Assembly: GCA_043228905.1 (NCBI GenBank) | Contig: JBHGNT010000003.1 | Location: forward strand, 21,080,001-21,144,000 | Source of the DNA: Azolla caroliniana | Taxonomy: Eukaryota > Plantae > Polypodiophyta | Direction of reading: 5' to 3' | DNA: 64,000 bases | Shown: positions 12,701 through 24,664 of the stretch, piece after piece | How positions within the stretch are numbered: position 1 is the first letter of the stretch | Layout: each line of letters begins with the position of its first letter | The notes under the pieces: generated by a model | What the model was told of the DNA's origin: nothing | The model's input: the letters and a program-made list of their open reading frames with translations, nothing else | Databases searched by the model: none | Translations under genes and position numbers: made by a program

Positions 12701-15700
12701 GTGTAGACTTGCAATGTTTGTAGTTTTCGGGGATCAGAAAAAAATCTCTAAGTGGAGTAACTCTCATCAATGACTGTATGGTAACATTCACAAAGTCTGT
12801 TTCATTTATGTTGTTAAGGCCCACCTAATTCCAGAACAGGTTCTGAACTTTAGATACTAGTAGCAACATCAGGTACAGATAATAAGAACGTGGATAACAA
12901 TAAAATTTTGCAATTAAAAGAAATTAGAGGGGTGGCTACAGAAAACGAAACTGACACAGAGACAAGCTAAAATGTAAATGGGTTGTTGCTATGCAGATAA
13001 TGCAATTGCAATGATAGTGAGTGGATTTAAGATATGGGAATCCTACTGAGTGTGTGATTGATGTACAGAGTTTCACTTCCAGGAACTCTACGGTGAGGGA
13101 AGACATACACAAATTTACAACATTCGACCTCGTCAAGACTAGAGCTGTGAGAGCTTTCAGCACATATAAACATACAAGCCTGCAGTATTTAAATGATGCA
13201 TACTCGAGGACTGAGTTAGCATTGGGAAAAGACTCATATTTTGTTTTTTTAAGTGAACATTTCTTCAGCCTTAATATACAGACCATTCCAGGTAGATAGT
13301 CTGAACTATCCAATGCCCTTGCCCATTGTTTATTTTTGTCTAGTTGCTCCACTTGTTCCCTTGTAAACCTTCAATACAACGAGGATTCATTGTATGAGAT
13401 TATGGCAACCCAACAATGCATTCACCAATAGCTTTAAGAAAACTTGTGACTTGTCTAAAACTTGAACTCATCTTAAAGGATATGAGTACATTGAAATAAA
13501 TCTTAGAAAGATGCTTACCTTGGGTTCAGAACATGGCGAATGTCATCCAATGACGGATCATTTACTTCATATCCATCTGGCAGACAGTAGACTTTCTCTG
13601 TGAGAAGGTTAATAAAGACATGATGACTGGCCTCAAGGCTATGAGTATAGGCATGTGAATTGCGGCCTCTTCCTTGAAAATATTTTCCACAAACCAAACA
13701 AGCATAAACATTCAGATTTGACAGGGAAACTGAGCAGAACTTCTCAAAATCAAAATCCAAAACCTGCATGGGTACGAAACGTGCTCAGTGCCAATGGAAT
13801 GCAGCAATTAATTATCTTTTGCCTTGACTTCTTTCAGAATAACACATTAAAATAGCAATAACAATTAGCCGATATGAGCATCCATAAGTTATAGCATCTT
13901 AGTTGTTTTAGAGCAAAAGAAAAAGTTGTCGCATTTAGCAATGCTACCCTAGGTTTTACATGCTTAGTTTTACAAATATTCATAAACACACAGTATAGAT
14001 TGAATATGAATAAAGCCAACCCCAAGGAGACTTTGAAATTTTTAATAAAGACCAGGATGTCCTCCCCCGTGAAAATGCTATCTTCACATAGGAGGATGTC
14101 TCTTTTTTAATTAACGATTAAGAGACCAAATACCCTATTTAATTTCAGGGAATAGGGTACTTTGGAACTGTTGGAGACCTCTGGGTCTGGAATTGCTTAC
14201 ATGTTCATTGTGGAGGTACATGTATGAGTTCAACAATCTCATATGGAGGGGATGTGAGACTGGCTTATCATTCTCCTGGAAATAAGCTCTTGGCACAAAC
14301 TTACGAGGGTGGTCTTTTTTTCCCAAAAGACAACGCACTGTTTATACTCAGGTAAACAATTTATTGGAGCTGCTGAAATCCTCTGACAACGAAATTTCTT
14401 ACACATTTCTCATGCATGAAGGAGTTCACTGCACAAACTTATGAGAGAGATCCTTTTTACCAAAACACTAAATACAAGACTCTGACAAAGGAACTTTTTA
14501 CATGTTCCTCATGCTTGAGAGGTTTGTGGGAGTTCAATGATTTCTGCTAATTGAGAGTTCAGAGGATGATAGGACTAATTGTCCCATTCAAAAAGACACT
14601 GCACAAGCCATCAAACCTAGCACATCCTTACACAAACAGTGTGCATGGAGAAAGCACATTGGGAAATGTCTATGAGTTCATGGACTGCATTAGATAGTCT
14701 TTGATAGACAACCTTTACTACGCCAAGGGAAGTAAAACTCCAATCATTTGAAATAACATACATGAATATACGATTTCTCTATCATTCACATTTCTAAACA
14801 TTTTCACTGTCTTGATTCTTATTTGATTCATAAGATTCGATCATTATGTGAATTGAGATCAGAATTCAAAGAGCAGATTGGTTTAGTGACCCATCCATGC
14901 TTCTACCAATGTTTGTTATATGATAAGGATGTGTAGGGCAATATTATGATTGACAATTGGAAATTTGGGATAGGCGTGATGAAATAACTTCATTTTTATT
15001 ATGTGGAACATAGTGAAACAACTTGCTGATCGAGTTGTCATAATACTTTGGTCTTTGTCCTAGACCTCACTGCGTTGGTGCTTGTGGGCCAGTTCCAGGT
15101 CTTCATGTCCCATACGAGGTATCATTCTGCTGTAAAAACATCCCTATGTGCAAATATGCAAACTAGGTCTGAAAACAATCTTAAAGGCTCTGTAAAGATA
15201 ATTTTCCAAGCGTGGATCAAATTTCACAATATTGTAATGCATTTGGTATATTTTGGCACTTCGTCTAGTGCATCATTGAAGGTGTGGTTTAAAGCTGGCA
15301 ATTGAAGTTATGTTCACTGCAGTCAGAGACTAGGACTCCCCATGCTTGGGCTAACTTTCTGATTGAAGATGGATTAAGCTTGTGCTAATAGCTTTGTTAG
15401 GTGGATTGTGCGTGGCCTCCATGGATGCATTAATACCCCATTAGTATAGGCTTTTTCTTTACGTGTTAGGATTTAAAGTTTAGGGTCTTACTCTATCTAT
15501 TCTATTTTGTCACTTCATTTTTCTCGCATGTCCTTTTTCTACCCATCCAAATGTGTGCAGTTGTCATGAAGAGCATGCCCATACATCTTCTAGAGGTGTA
15601 TCATCCCTCAATTTGAACCCATCTATGATGGATTAACTCTACTGCAACATAAATTACTTGTGCTACTTGTGTCTACTTGTCAAGCATTCTCAATAACAAC

Positions 15701-17063
15701 GACTGTGATGATTGTATATGTCTAGTGTGAAACACCTGCAACCTGGGTTTATCATGGATACTCATGCGAATGAGTGAAGTGAATTCACAATTCACTCTGG
15801 AGTTGAGTCAACTCCTGGAGGCTGGTAGCCTGAACTGAAATCTGGGTCTAGCATGTCATATTTTCAAGATATGGTTAAATTTTGAAGTGGAGAAGTACAA
15901 CATCAAGTGTGTTCACATTAATAATAATGAAGCGTTAAAAAAACAATAGAAGTTAAACACTTCCTGCTAGTAGTACATGCTAGAAAAGTAAAGTTATTTT
16001 CAGGGACTCAATTAAGAATTTTTCCCCCAAACAAGGAAAATGTCTCATAAAGACCTTTACTGAGTTATTTCTTGGATTATCTCGTGGTTCTCCTTTTATA
16101 ACACATAAATTAGGTTTTCATTCTTTGTTTTTATGTTTCCGAAAGAAGGGCTTCTAATGTGTTGTTTTCTAGCTTTCAAAAGTTTAGAGTTTCTGATCTA
16201 CTGTTTACATCTGTCAGAAGTTAGTGTTTCTAAATTCAGGAATTTTTTCAGCAGAAAATTGAGATTTTCTTGCTCACTCCTGGGGGTTAATGTGCAAAAC
16301 TAGACCCCTCACAAATCCTCCTTTACATGTAATGTAACATTTGAAACTACAGCAGGGTCTATGCTTCTCCTCGGAACAAAGAACAAAGACTCGCATCTCC
16401 CGAGTTTGAATGTAGCTTCACTCCAATTAACAAAAGAGGTTATTTTTCCTCTCTCGCTCCTTAATTTGTACGTATTGAAACTATGCTTCTCACGCAACCA
16501 AAAGAGACATCATCGCCACTTAGGGAGAACCGTATGCTAGATACTTAAGTTTCCTATGCTGGAAGGTGAATGAATATAGGTAAAGATTTAAGGTTACGTA
16601 CCTGTCTGTTAACAGTATCCAGGTAAGGACAGTCTCTGCGCAGCTCTGTATCTCTGCGTTTCAGCGTTCGAGGAGATCTACTATCTTCCATGGAATTATC
16701 TTCTTCGAGCTTGACGTCATCATCTTCTTCGTCATCATCGACGTCTGTATAAGCGAAACCAGGCAAGGAATGAACAGGCTCTGCGTGTCCATTGCTATTA
16801 TCACCGTCCCCGTTCTTCTCCTCATCGCCATTCCGGTACTCTTCCTTCGCCTGTTCCTCCTCCTTTTTCTCTTCAATCTTCTGATCTTCTTTCATCGTCG
16901 TCGTCTGCTCTCCTTCTTCTTCTTCTTCCTGCTGCTGCTGCTGCCGGAGCTCTTTTTTCTTCTGTACTTCTTCTGCCTGATGCGTCTCCAAGGGCTCTCC
17001 TTCTGCTGCTGCTTCTGCTTCTGCTGCTTCGCGAGCGTCTTCGTCGTCGCGCGGTCGCTTCAT
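9780..17063 (-). CDS. USP39: U4/U6.U5 tri-snRNP-associated protein 2 (USP39/Sad1); exons 17063-16602, 13763-13519, 13368-13284, 12824-12639, 12172-12002, 10695-10540, 10432-10261, 10152-9981, 9885-9780
   Basis: Acidic N-terminus followed by RRDCPYLDTVNRQVLDFDFEKFCSVSLSNLNVYACLVCGKYFQGRG (ZnF-UBP), GLNNINETDFVNV (catalytic Cys replaced by Asp), RFTKNNFFVEKNPTLVNFP and WYEMQDLHV. All junctions are GT-AG and in frame. Confidence 0.96.
10855..11780. repeat. Diverged tandem duplication (~520 bp offset) in USP39 intron 5
   Basis: AACCCT(T)GAAACACTGT...TTGCAAATGATCAG...CATCTTAATT...GCATAGCATCTAAGTTGCA...CAAACTGTTCAAAGTTTCTTAA occurs twice, starting near 10855 and 11376. Confidence 0.8.
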
Positions 17064-19079
17064 CGCTGCTGAGCAGAGAGGAGAAGAGAGGAGAAGCGCA
17101 AGCTCCAAATTTTGTTTTCTGTTGTGGGAGGGAATCGAACCCCAGACCTGCCTACTCTCTCTTCTAAATATGTACATAATACAAACATATACATACATAC
17201 ATACATATACAAAATGCATTTTTCCCATGTCATATAAGAGAAGAGACAATAACCAATAGACAAATAGATATATGGATATACATATAGATATGTTTTCGCG
17301 TGTCCATACTCCCTCGACACTCCCTCTCATATATGCTCACGAATCCAAACCAACGCATTTCGTTGTGAATGATTCTTCGATCGAACTCTACGTAGAGATC
17401 TCACGAGAAAGGCCTCCTCTCCTTCATGCCCGCCCATTTCCATCGGTCACTTGTCGCCCCCGCCTTTCTATCTCGATACATCATAGGTTCACGTGTTATC
17501 TCGAACGGTGGAGTCACCCTTGGGCCATGCCTTTTTTTGCACACTGCCTGTATGATGAGGATGTGTGTCCGATTGAACCCATTCTTTTTGTCGTTGCTAC
17601 CCACCTGATTCCTGTTATATGATGCATGCCTTGGCGGGATGTGGGGAATTTGTGGGGGCTTGCTCTACCATTGGGGAACTATTTGATAACTCATGCATTG
17701 GCAAGTGATTCATACTTGTTTCCTAAAACTCTATCCAACAATATAGATATAGCTAAAAGCTATGGAAAATGTAGAAGCCTTGGATGGTTTGGAACATATG
17801 GAACCAAGATGAGGTTTGTCACCATTTAGGTTACTCTACTTTTGTTGATATTTCACATTCTCAAAGTTTGACTTGGATATCGAGTACAATATTTTCATAA
17901 CCTTATATATATATATATATTAAAAGCCTTGAGCATGGTCATTTTCTACTCAACTCAAAATAACATACGCATTAAGGATTCACGTGGTTTCTTATTTTCT
18001 CCATTTCTACCATGGACAAAGAAATCACTTTATCATTTAGCTCACTCGCTAATATATATATTGTCGAAGAGAGCGTCGAGACTTGGGTTTCAAGGGGCCA
18101 TATATGTACCGTGAAAGTGCTTAGCCAAAAATCTTCTTTATAGTCCCCATTGTACATTGTTGTGTCGCTACTCTACATAGGTGCACAAGTTGAAAGGATT
18201 TTCGATTTGGTAGTTTTTGTATCCAAGCTATTCCATGCACGTTGTCCTCGAATGAGTTGTCTTATTCTCGCTTAGCTCATAAGACTTCCTAGAGTGTTTA
18301 TCTCTTCACTTCAACATCCTTGATATTGTACAATTCCTCAAATACCTAGTTGCTAAAGCCATTCAATGTCGTTGACTACAATCAATTGATAACCCATAAA
18401 ATCATAATAACTCGTCAATGAATTGGTGATCAAAATTACATTTTGTTTCTATGTTTTATAGTATATGTCAATAACCAACAACCCACATAGAGTCATGACC
18501 TCCCCACAACTTTTCGCATCATTAACTGGGAAAATGACGTTTAACTTTTGTGTTTCACTCAAGGAGCCCAAGCTTTTCCCTTTCAACGTAAAAAGGTTAA
18601 GTTTGACTACCTCATGTATTGGGATCTAGGGTACAGTTGGAGAATAAAAAACAACCTATTGTTTTATAATTTTCCACAAACTACCACAAACCTATACATA
18701 GTGTAAAATGATATTTGACTCGGTAGTTTGTACAACTCCTTCCGGAACCTTGTCCTCAAAGGAGTTGCCTTCGATGTCAACTAGTTGTACACCACTTGAA
18801 AGGGTTTATAGTTCCATATGATTCTCATGGCTTCTTGTAGTAGGGACAACAACAATGGTTTATTCATAATCTCATGTACCAAATACACGCAACTTCTCTC
18901 GCAAAGGCAAGTGCGAGAGGTGCTACTTTGGGGAGTTTTTAGTGGGGGCTACAATGGGCATTTGGGCGAAACCGTGTAGATGGAGGCAACCAACTGCAAG
19001 CGAATTCCCCGTTCAAAGAGGGTCCACGCGTATCTTTCCAACCGATCGTTGGAACCATTCATTTAACTCAAAAGTGTAA

Positions 19080-19165
19080 AGAAAGAAAGAAAAGAAAGAT
19101 ATAGTAACGTCTTCTAAGACCAAAATTGGCCCACGAGACAATTGGTTTACAACAAAAAATGGTGT
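19080..19165 (-). mobile_element. 3' end fragment of a non-LTR retroelement/SINE with a (TTTC)n tail
   Basis: Near-identical to 56001-56060 (TCTTCTAAGRCCAAAATTGGCCCAYGAGACAATTGGT.TACAACAAAA). Each copy adjoins a microsatellite. Confidence 0.6.
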
Positions 19166-19284
19166 ATGTGTATATAGTTTTATGTACATATGTGTATGTG
19201 TATACGTATATGATATGTATACGTACATTTTGTGTATCTATGTGTATACGATGAGTATATGTACATTTGTGTATGTATGTGTAT

Positions 19285-20574
19285 CATAGTTCCTAATATT
19301 CGTGTACGTCCAATTTATTGGACGTACGCGAACGTTTGCAAACGTACGCGTATGATACGCGATATTTGTTTGGTTTTTGGTTTTTTATTTATTTAATTTG
19401 GGGTTTTTTTGGGTGTTTTTTTTTGGGGGGGGGGGGGGGTTCTGACGCATCGTCGCGTTGTGAGGAGTGACGAGTCAGAGAGTCGAGAGCTCTGAGTGAT
19501 CGTGAATCTGAACTGAGAATCGAGAGCTCTAAGTGTTTGTGAGTTGTAACTGAGAGTCGACTGTAGAGAATCGAGAGCTCTGAGTGAAAATCAGATTTTT
19601 GTGAGGAGAAAATTGTGAAAATAAGATTTAGGGTAGGTAACTACGACGCGCAATTATATCAACAGAAAGTGCAATGGATGTAAGTACTGATCAGAAGAAA
19701 GATGCATTAGAGTATCAAAATGAAGTCCAATGCAATGGAGTATCAATATGAAGTATCGATACAACGGATAATGTACTAGAGCATTGATTGGAAATAAAAC
19801 ACCATTATGTAACAATAGGAAGGATAAAATGAATTGAATCATCGGATTTCATTTGCATATCACTACCAAGTAAAATGCATTTTAGCTTGTCAATAGGTAG
19901 CAAAATGCATTGAATTATAACACATGTAAAGCATATACGTGAATGCATTTACAAATGAATAGGAAGCAAAATGCGTTACAGTATTGATAGAGAATTTTTC
20001 CTTTATAGATCAATAGGAAGCAAAATGCATTGAAGTATCATTATGGATAAAATCCCCACAACTAATTTTGAGGGCTCTCAAGAAAGTTATTCCTCATCTT
20101 CCAAAACAAATGTACATAACTATTAGTGCTGCACCTCAAGAGTAGAGAGATGAGATTAATTATTAGTACTATGAATTTAGAGCTACTTTCTAGGTTAATG
20201 TTCATGTTTGAAGTTTGAAATTTGGATAAATTTTGGTTCATGTTTAGAAATTTGGATGCTATTTTGTTAGTTTTCAATGAATTTATGGTCTTGATTTTTG
20301 TCTATAAAAATCTTGATTATTTTTTATTTTTCATATTAAAAAAATAATAATTTAGAGTAATAAAAGTAAAAATAAAAAATAAATATAGACGAATGGATTC
20401 CAATCATACTTGGAGCCATTTCACGTATGAGTATGATACGAATATTCACGTATGAGTATGACACGTGTGATACGAATATTCACGTATGAGTATGATACGA
20501 ATATTCACGTATGAGTATGACACGAATATTCACGTATGAGTATGACACGTTTGAGACGTAATGCTAGAACTATG
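19285..20574. mobile_element. Complete non-autonomous hAT-type DNA transposon (1290 bp)
   Basis: Terminal inverted repeats CATAGTTC...GAACTATG. Identical 8-bp TSD ATGTGTAT at 19277-19284 and 20575-20582. Subterminal palindrome near the left end and 25-bp tandem repeats near the right end. No transposase ORF. Confidence 0.85.
20420..20550. repeat. ~25-bp tandem repeat (TTCACGTATGAGTATGAYACGAATA) x5, subterminal to the hAT element
   Basis: Directly visible. Contains several CACGTA cores and one CACGTG. Confidence 0.9.
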
Positions 20575-20802
20575 ATGTGTATATATGTATATGCGTGTAC
20601 GGTGTATACGGTAGGGAGGAAACAGAGGAACAGGGGAATAGCGAGAAAGGTTCTCTCAGAGAAAGAGAAGAGAGAGAGTCTCGTGGAAACAGAAACCCTA
20701 ACCTCTCCTTCCCCCACAGCTGACAGAACCAGAAACAGAAACAGAAACAGAAGCAGAAGCACAAGCGGAAAGAGAAAGAGAAAGAGAAAGATTAGTACGG
20801 CC

Positions 20803-22670
20803 ATGGCGGCGACAGTTGTGAAGAGCATCGTTCCCCTCCTCGCTTCCTCCTCTTCTCCCGCATTCCGACCTTTCGGCCAAGTCATCTCTCCTTCTTCTGA
20901 TGGCGCTTCCTTTGGAAACGATGATGCGCAGCTTCACCTGTCTGCGGGAATTCCCAGGTATGAGTTTATGGTTTCTCAAGCCTTCCCCCCTCCCATTCTC
21001 TCTCTTTATCTCTTCATCCCCCTACTTTCTCTTTATTTTTTCGTGCATCTTTTAGCCTTGCTGTTTCTCAGGTTAGGGTTTTCCAGCAGTTTCTTTGCTT
21101 TCTCGTCTCCTTCTACTTCCCCTTTATTGTGAATCTTTGTTACATGAATTTACAACCCCTTGTCTTTAAACGGAAGAAGTTAAAATGTATACACGTTTCA
21201 ATCTTTGTTTCCTGATTTTTTTTCCACTCCTTGCAAATTCCTGTTTACTTTTCTCAGTCATACATTTGTTCCACATTGTCTTTCACATCTTCTCTTCTTT
21301 CTGCGCAGAAATTTCTATTTTGACCATCCCTTTGTTGCTAAATGAAACACTTCTGCTACAATGTCGTTTATTTCTGCTTAAATTTCAGTTTTTCATGGTT
21401 TTGGTTATTTCTACAACATTTCCACCACATCTTCTTTCACATCGATCACAGTTTAGTGAAACATAACTCTATCACTTCCTCTCCCGTTTATGCAAAAAAT
21501 GATATTTTTGCATGCTTTGTTTGCTAGTGACAAAAACAGACGTTCCACTTTATCTTTAATCACATTCATCAATAAACGTTCTGCTGGTGTATTTAGGATT
21601 CTCTATTTTGCTGAATAGTCTATGAAGCATGTGCATTTAAGCTTTTAGAGTGCATTTGCGCTAAACTGAAGTTTTTAACCTATCCATATGATATTATGTG
21701 GATGGATGGATAATTGGATTTCCGTGTTCCTAGAAAACCTCCACATGTTTATCCTTCTGTTTTATAAACTTTCTCTTGCAGTTTGCAGGTTCTATATTAT
21801 GAGATTGGAAGATAGACCACTCTCCTTTCGTAATATAACTCATCATGCGAGTGTAACACAATGTTTGGGATCTGTTGGTGCTTTACCATGGTATATTGGA
21901 GTGGCCAGACCCAGCATTCTCAAAAATGATGATGAAATTAATGAAAGCAAAGGAGTGGTTAGGTCTCCTGCTGGGCATTATTACATTCCTCCTTCTCCAG
22001 AAGACATCCAGGTCTTCAGAGTTGAGGGACCAACATTTTTGAAATTTGAGGTAGGAACTTGGCATTCCGGTCCTTATTTCAAAGAGAAGACAATGGACTT
22101 TTACAACTTGGAGCTCTCTGATACGAATGTAAGTTTCTATATATGCTGGACCTTTCTTTCATTAGTTTGTCTTGGTGTCCATATGTTCCATGAATGTTTG
22201 ATTATATTTATATAGATCAGATTTGTATTAATGTGTATAGCATTTTGGTCCTAGAAGCATAGCATGTTATGTTTTATGTCTTTCATCTTCTTGATCCTCA
22301 ATCAAGTTTGACAACACTGCACTGACTATAGTGCTGCAGTCTGAGAAGCATAAAATGGTTAATTGAAAAAAGCTTGAAGCCTGATGATGAAGCAAAAAGA
22401 ACGGAGATATGAGGTGCTATGTGTAGAAGCTCTGGCATTTTCTGTTGAGCTCCACATGGGCGACAATGAACTACATCTTACACAATTGAGTGAAGGCTAA
22501 TGCTTCTTTGCAATCCTTCCATACATGCTGATATTTCTAATGATTGATCATTTTAAAATTATTTTATAGATGTTTGTTTGCTTATGGAATTAAACCAATT
22601 TGCTATTTTGCAGGTGGTAGATCATACAACCCACAAATTTGACAATGTTACATTTGTGATTGATGACTAA
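20803..22670 (+). CDS. Ureidoglycolate hydrolase/lyase (AllA-like cupin) family protein; exons 20803-20957, 21789-22128, 22614-22670
   Basis: FRPFGQVI..DG..F...DAQL.LS.GIPR|FYIM, ITHHASVTQCLGSVG, GPTFLKFEVGTWHSGP, FYNLELSDTN|VVDHTTH match the plant/cyanobacterial ureidoglycolate hydrolase-like family (At2g35820 type). Introns are GT-AG. Confidence 0.88.
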
Positions 22671-23919
22671 ATAGCGATGAGAATAGCTATAAGATATTTC
22701 TTTCCCGTTGTGTATTATTTAAACTGCCTTGAGGTTCTTTGCTGAAAAGGGGTTAAAAGTATTTGGTTTATGTTGCAATAAGTGGGCCAAAAATGCACAT
22801 GGTCATTATTTATACATTGTCAACTATTTGTAATAATTATTGCAATGTTAGAGCTATTTTTTAGTTACCTGTTTTCATGCCTGTAAATGTGACAGCAGAC
22901 TCTCAATGTGGCGAAGCCATTATTGTATGGACAGAATCGATGTTTTGAACTCTTCCAATTGGCATTATTTGGCCTGTGAGTGTTGTGAACTCTCACAGTT
23001 AGCATCATTTGTCATGTGCTTTGTTGGACACTACAATAAAAGTAGAAAATTAAACTTTATGTAGAGTAGAAATAACAGCTCTCAGAAAGTTGCATATTGA
23101 GGTAAAGATCTATGTAAGCCATGAGCGTATACATATCAACCATGATGTGATGAAGAAACCTCCTACAAACTAGCTTAATCAACTACCATTAGATTGCTAA
23201 ATCGTGGTAGACCCATTGTGGTTTATGCAAACAATTCATACTTATGGAAAGAGTTATATCACTACTAGTGATGTGGCGCAACTCAATGAATATATGGACG
23301 TATCAGCTTGCTTTCCACAATTCAAACCCTACAATCCTGCACATGCTTGAATGTCCTCAGAATCATGACATACTATGCAGTTTAGTGCAGCAGTTTAGAA
23401 CTAAATGATGACATTCTAAACTACTGAATGGTCTTTGAGAGTGAACAGTCTCATGGAAAATCATAAACTTGAGATGCAATTGAAAAGTCATTGTGGTTGC
23501 ACGCTATTCACTATATAGATGCTTTTTGAGAGGGACTGTCATAGTCAACAATACTGAATAAGATTCATAACAAACGTATATTGTAATGGGATTTTCTGTT
23601 CAGTACCATGGCCAAAGATCGTGAAACATGCATAAAAGTCTAAATCAGTCTTTCACTAGTTTTTGAAGGTTGATTCCAGATATGTCATACTAGTACAATT
23701 GGAGCAACCACAATTCCTTCTAATCAGCTTCTTAGTAGCTTTCAAAGGTTGACCGAAGATGTATTGTATGTAGTACAATTGGAGCCAGCAATAATTACTC
23801 TAACGTACACTAAAATTTCTGTACATTTATCATAATTTAGTGCAGCAGTTTAGAAGTAATAATTTGGTGCACTCTAGGAATGGTCACATCTATGCATGCA
23901 GCCTTCACAATCTTAAGGT

Positions 23920-24349
23920 ATGGTCATTATACTTTCATGACACAATGACCATGCTATGATTGTATTCATAACTTCCTTTTATTCAGTGGCAAAAAAGCAC
24001 TTTACATGCTTTCATGACACAATGACCATGCTATGGTCATTCTACACAAAGTACAGCTTGTCCTTTATAGCACTGGATAATATATACACTCATGCCTACA
24101 GACGAGTTTTGTTCACATAACCTTTAGTCTGATTGTATTCATAACTTCCTTTTATTCAGTGGCCAAAAAGCACTTTACATGCTTTCATGACACAATGACC
24201 ATGCTATGGCCATTCTACACAAAGTACAGCTTGTCCTTTATGGCACTGGATAATATATACACTCATCCCTACAAACGAGTTTTGTTCACATAACCTTTAG
24301 TCTGATTGTATTCATAACTTCCTTTTATTCAGTGGCAAAAAAGCACTTT
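23920..24349. repeat. 173-bp tandem duplication (two nearly identical units plus a deleted partial unit)
   Basis: CTTTCATGACACAATGACCATGCTATG starts at 23932, 24009 and 24182. The two full units differ by only a few bases. Confidence 0.9.
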
Positions 24350-24664
24350 GTGAATTTCCAAGGAATATTTCTATGTTCACAGGTATGCTCACAAAAAGAT
24401 ATTTGCAATATGCTTACAAATACATGTATTCATGAAAAACCAAGACACGGTATTCTCATTTAAATGCTGGATAATGAAAGAATTACCCTTTATTGTGTAA
24501 CACCTTGAGCCATAGTGGTTAAGATTTATATAATCTCCTTAACAGTGCTATAATACAAATAATAGAAATAATGTCGGTACCACGTTCTGCTAGACCAATA
24601 TACTAGCGAGTCCATTTTATGATTCCACTACTCGCAAAAAGCTTCACCATTGCACCTTCATATG

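Noticed and set aside
12780-12824. USP domain lacking the catalytic Cys (GLNNINETDFVN) read as pseudogenisation or novelty
   Set aside because: Cys-to-Asp is the normal state of USP39/Sad1 pseudo-deubiquitinases.
14900-15720. Possible LINE remnant in USP39 intron 1
   Set aside because: Only a weak QAWG-like hint; too degenerate to assign boundaries or class.
20420-20550. Regular 25-bp repeats as a CRISPR-like array
   Set aside because: There are no unique spacers, the context is eukaryotic, and the repeats are subterminal to a hAT element with TIRs and TSD.
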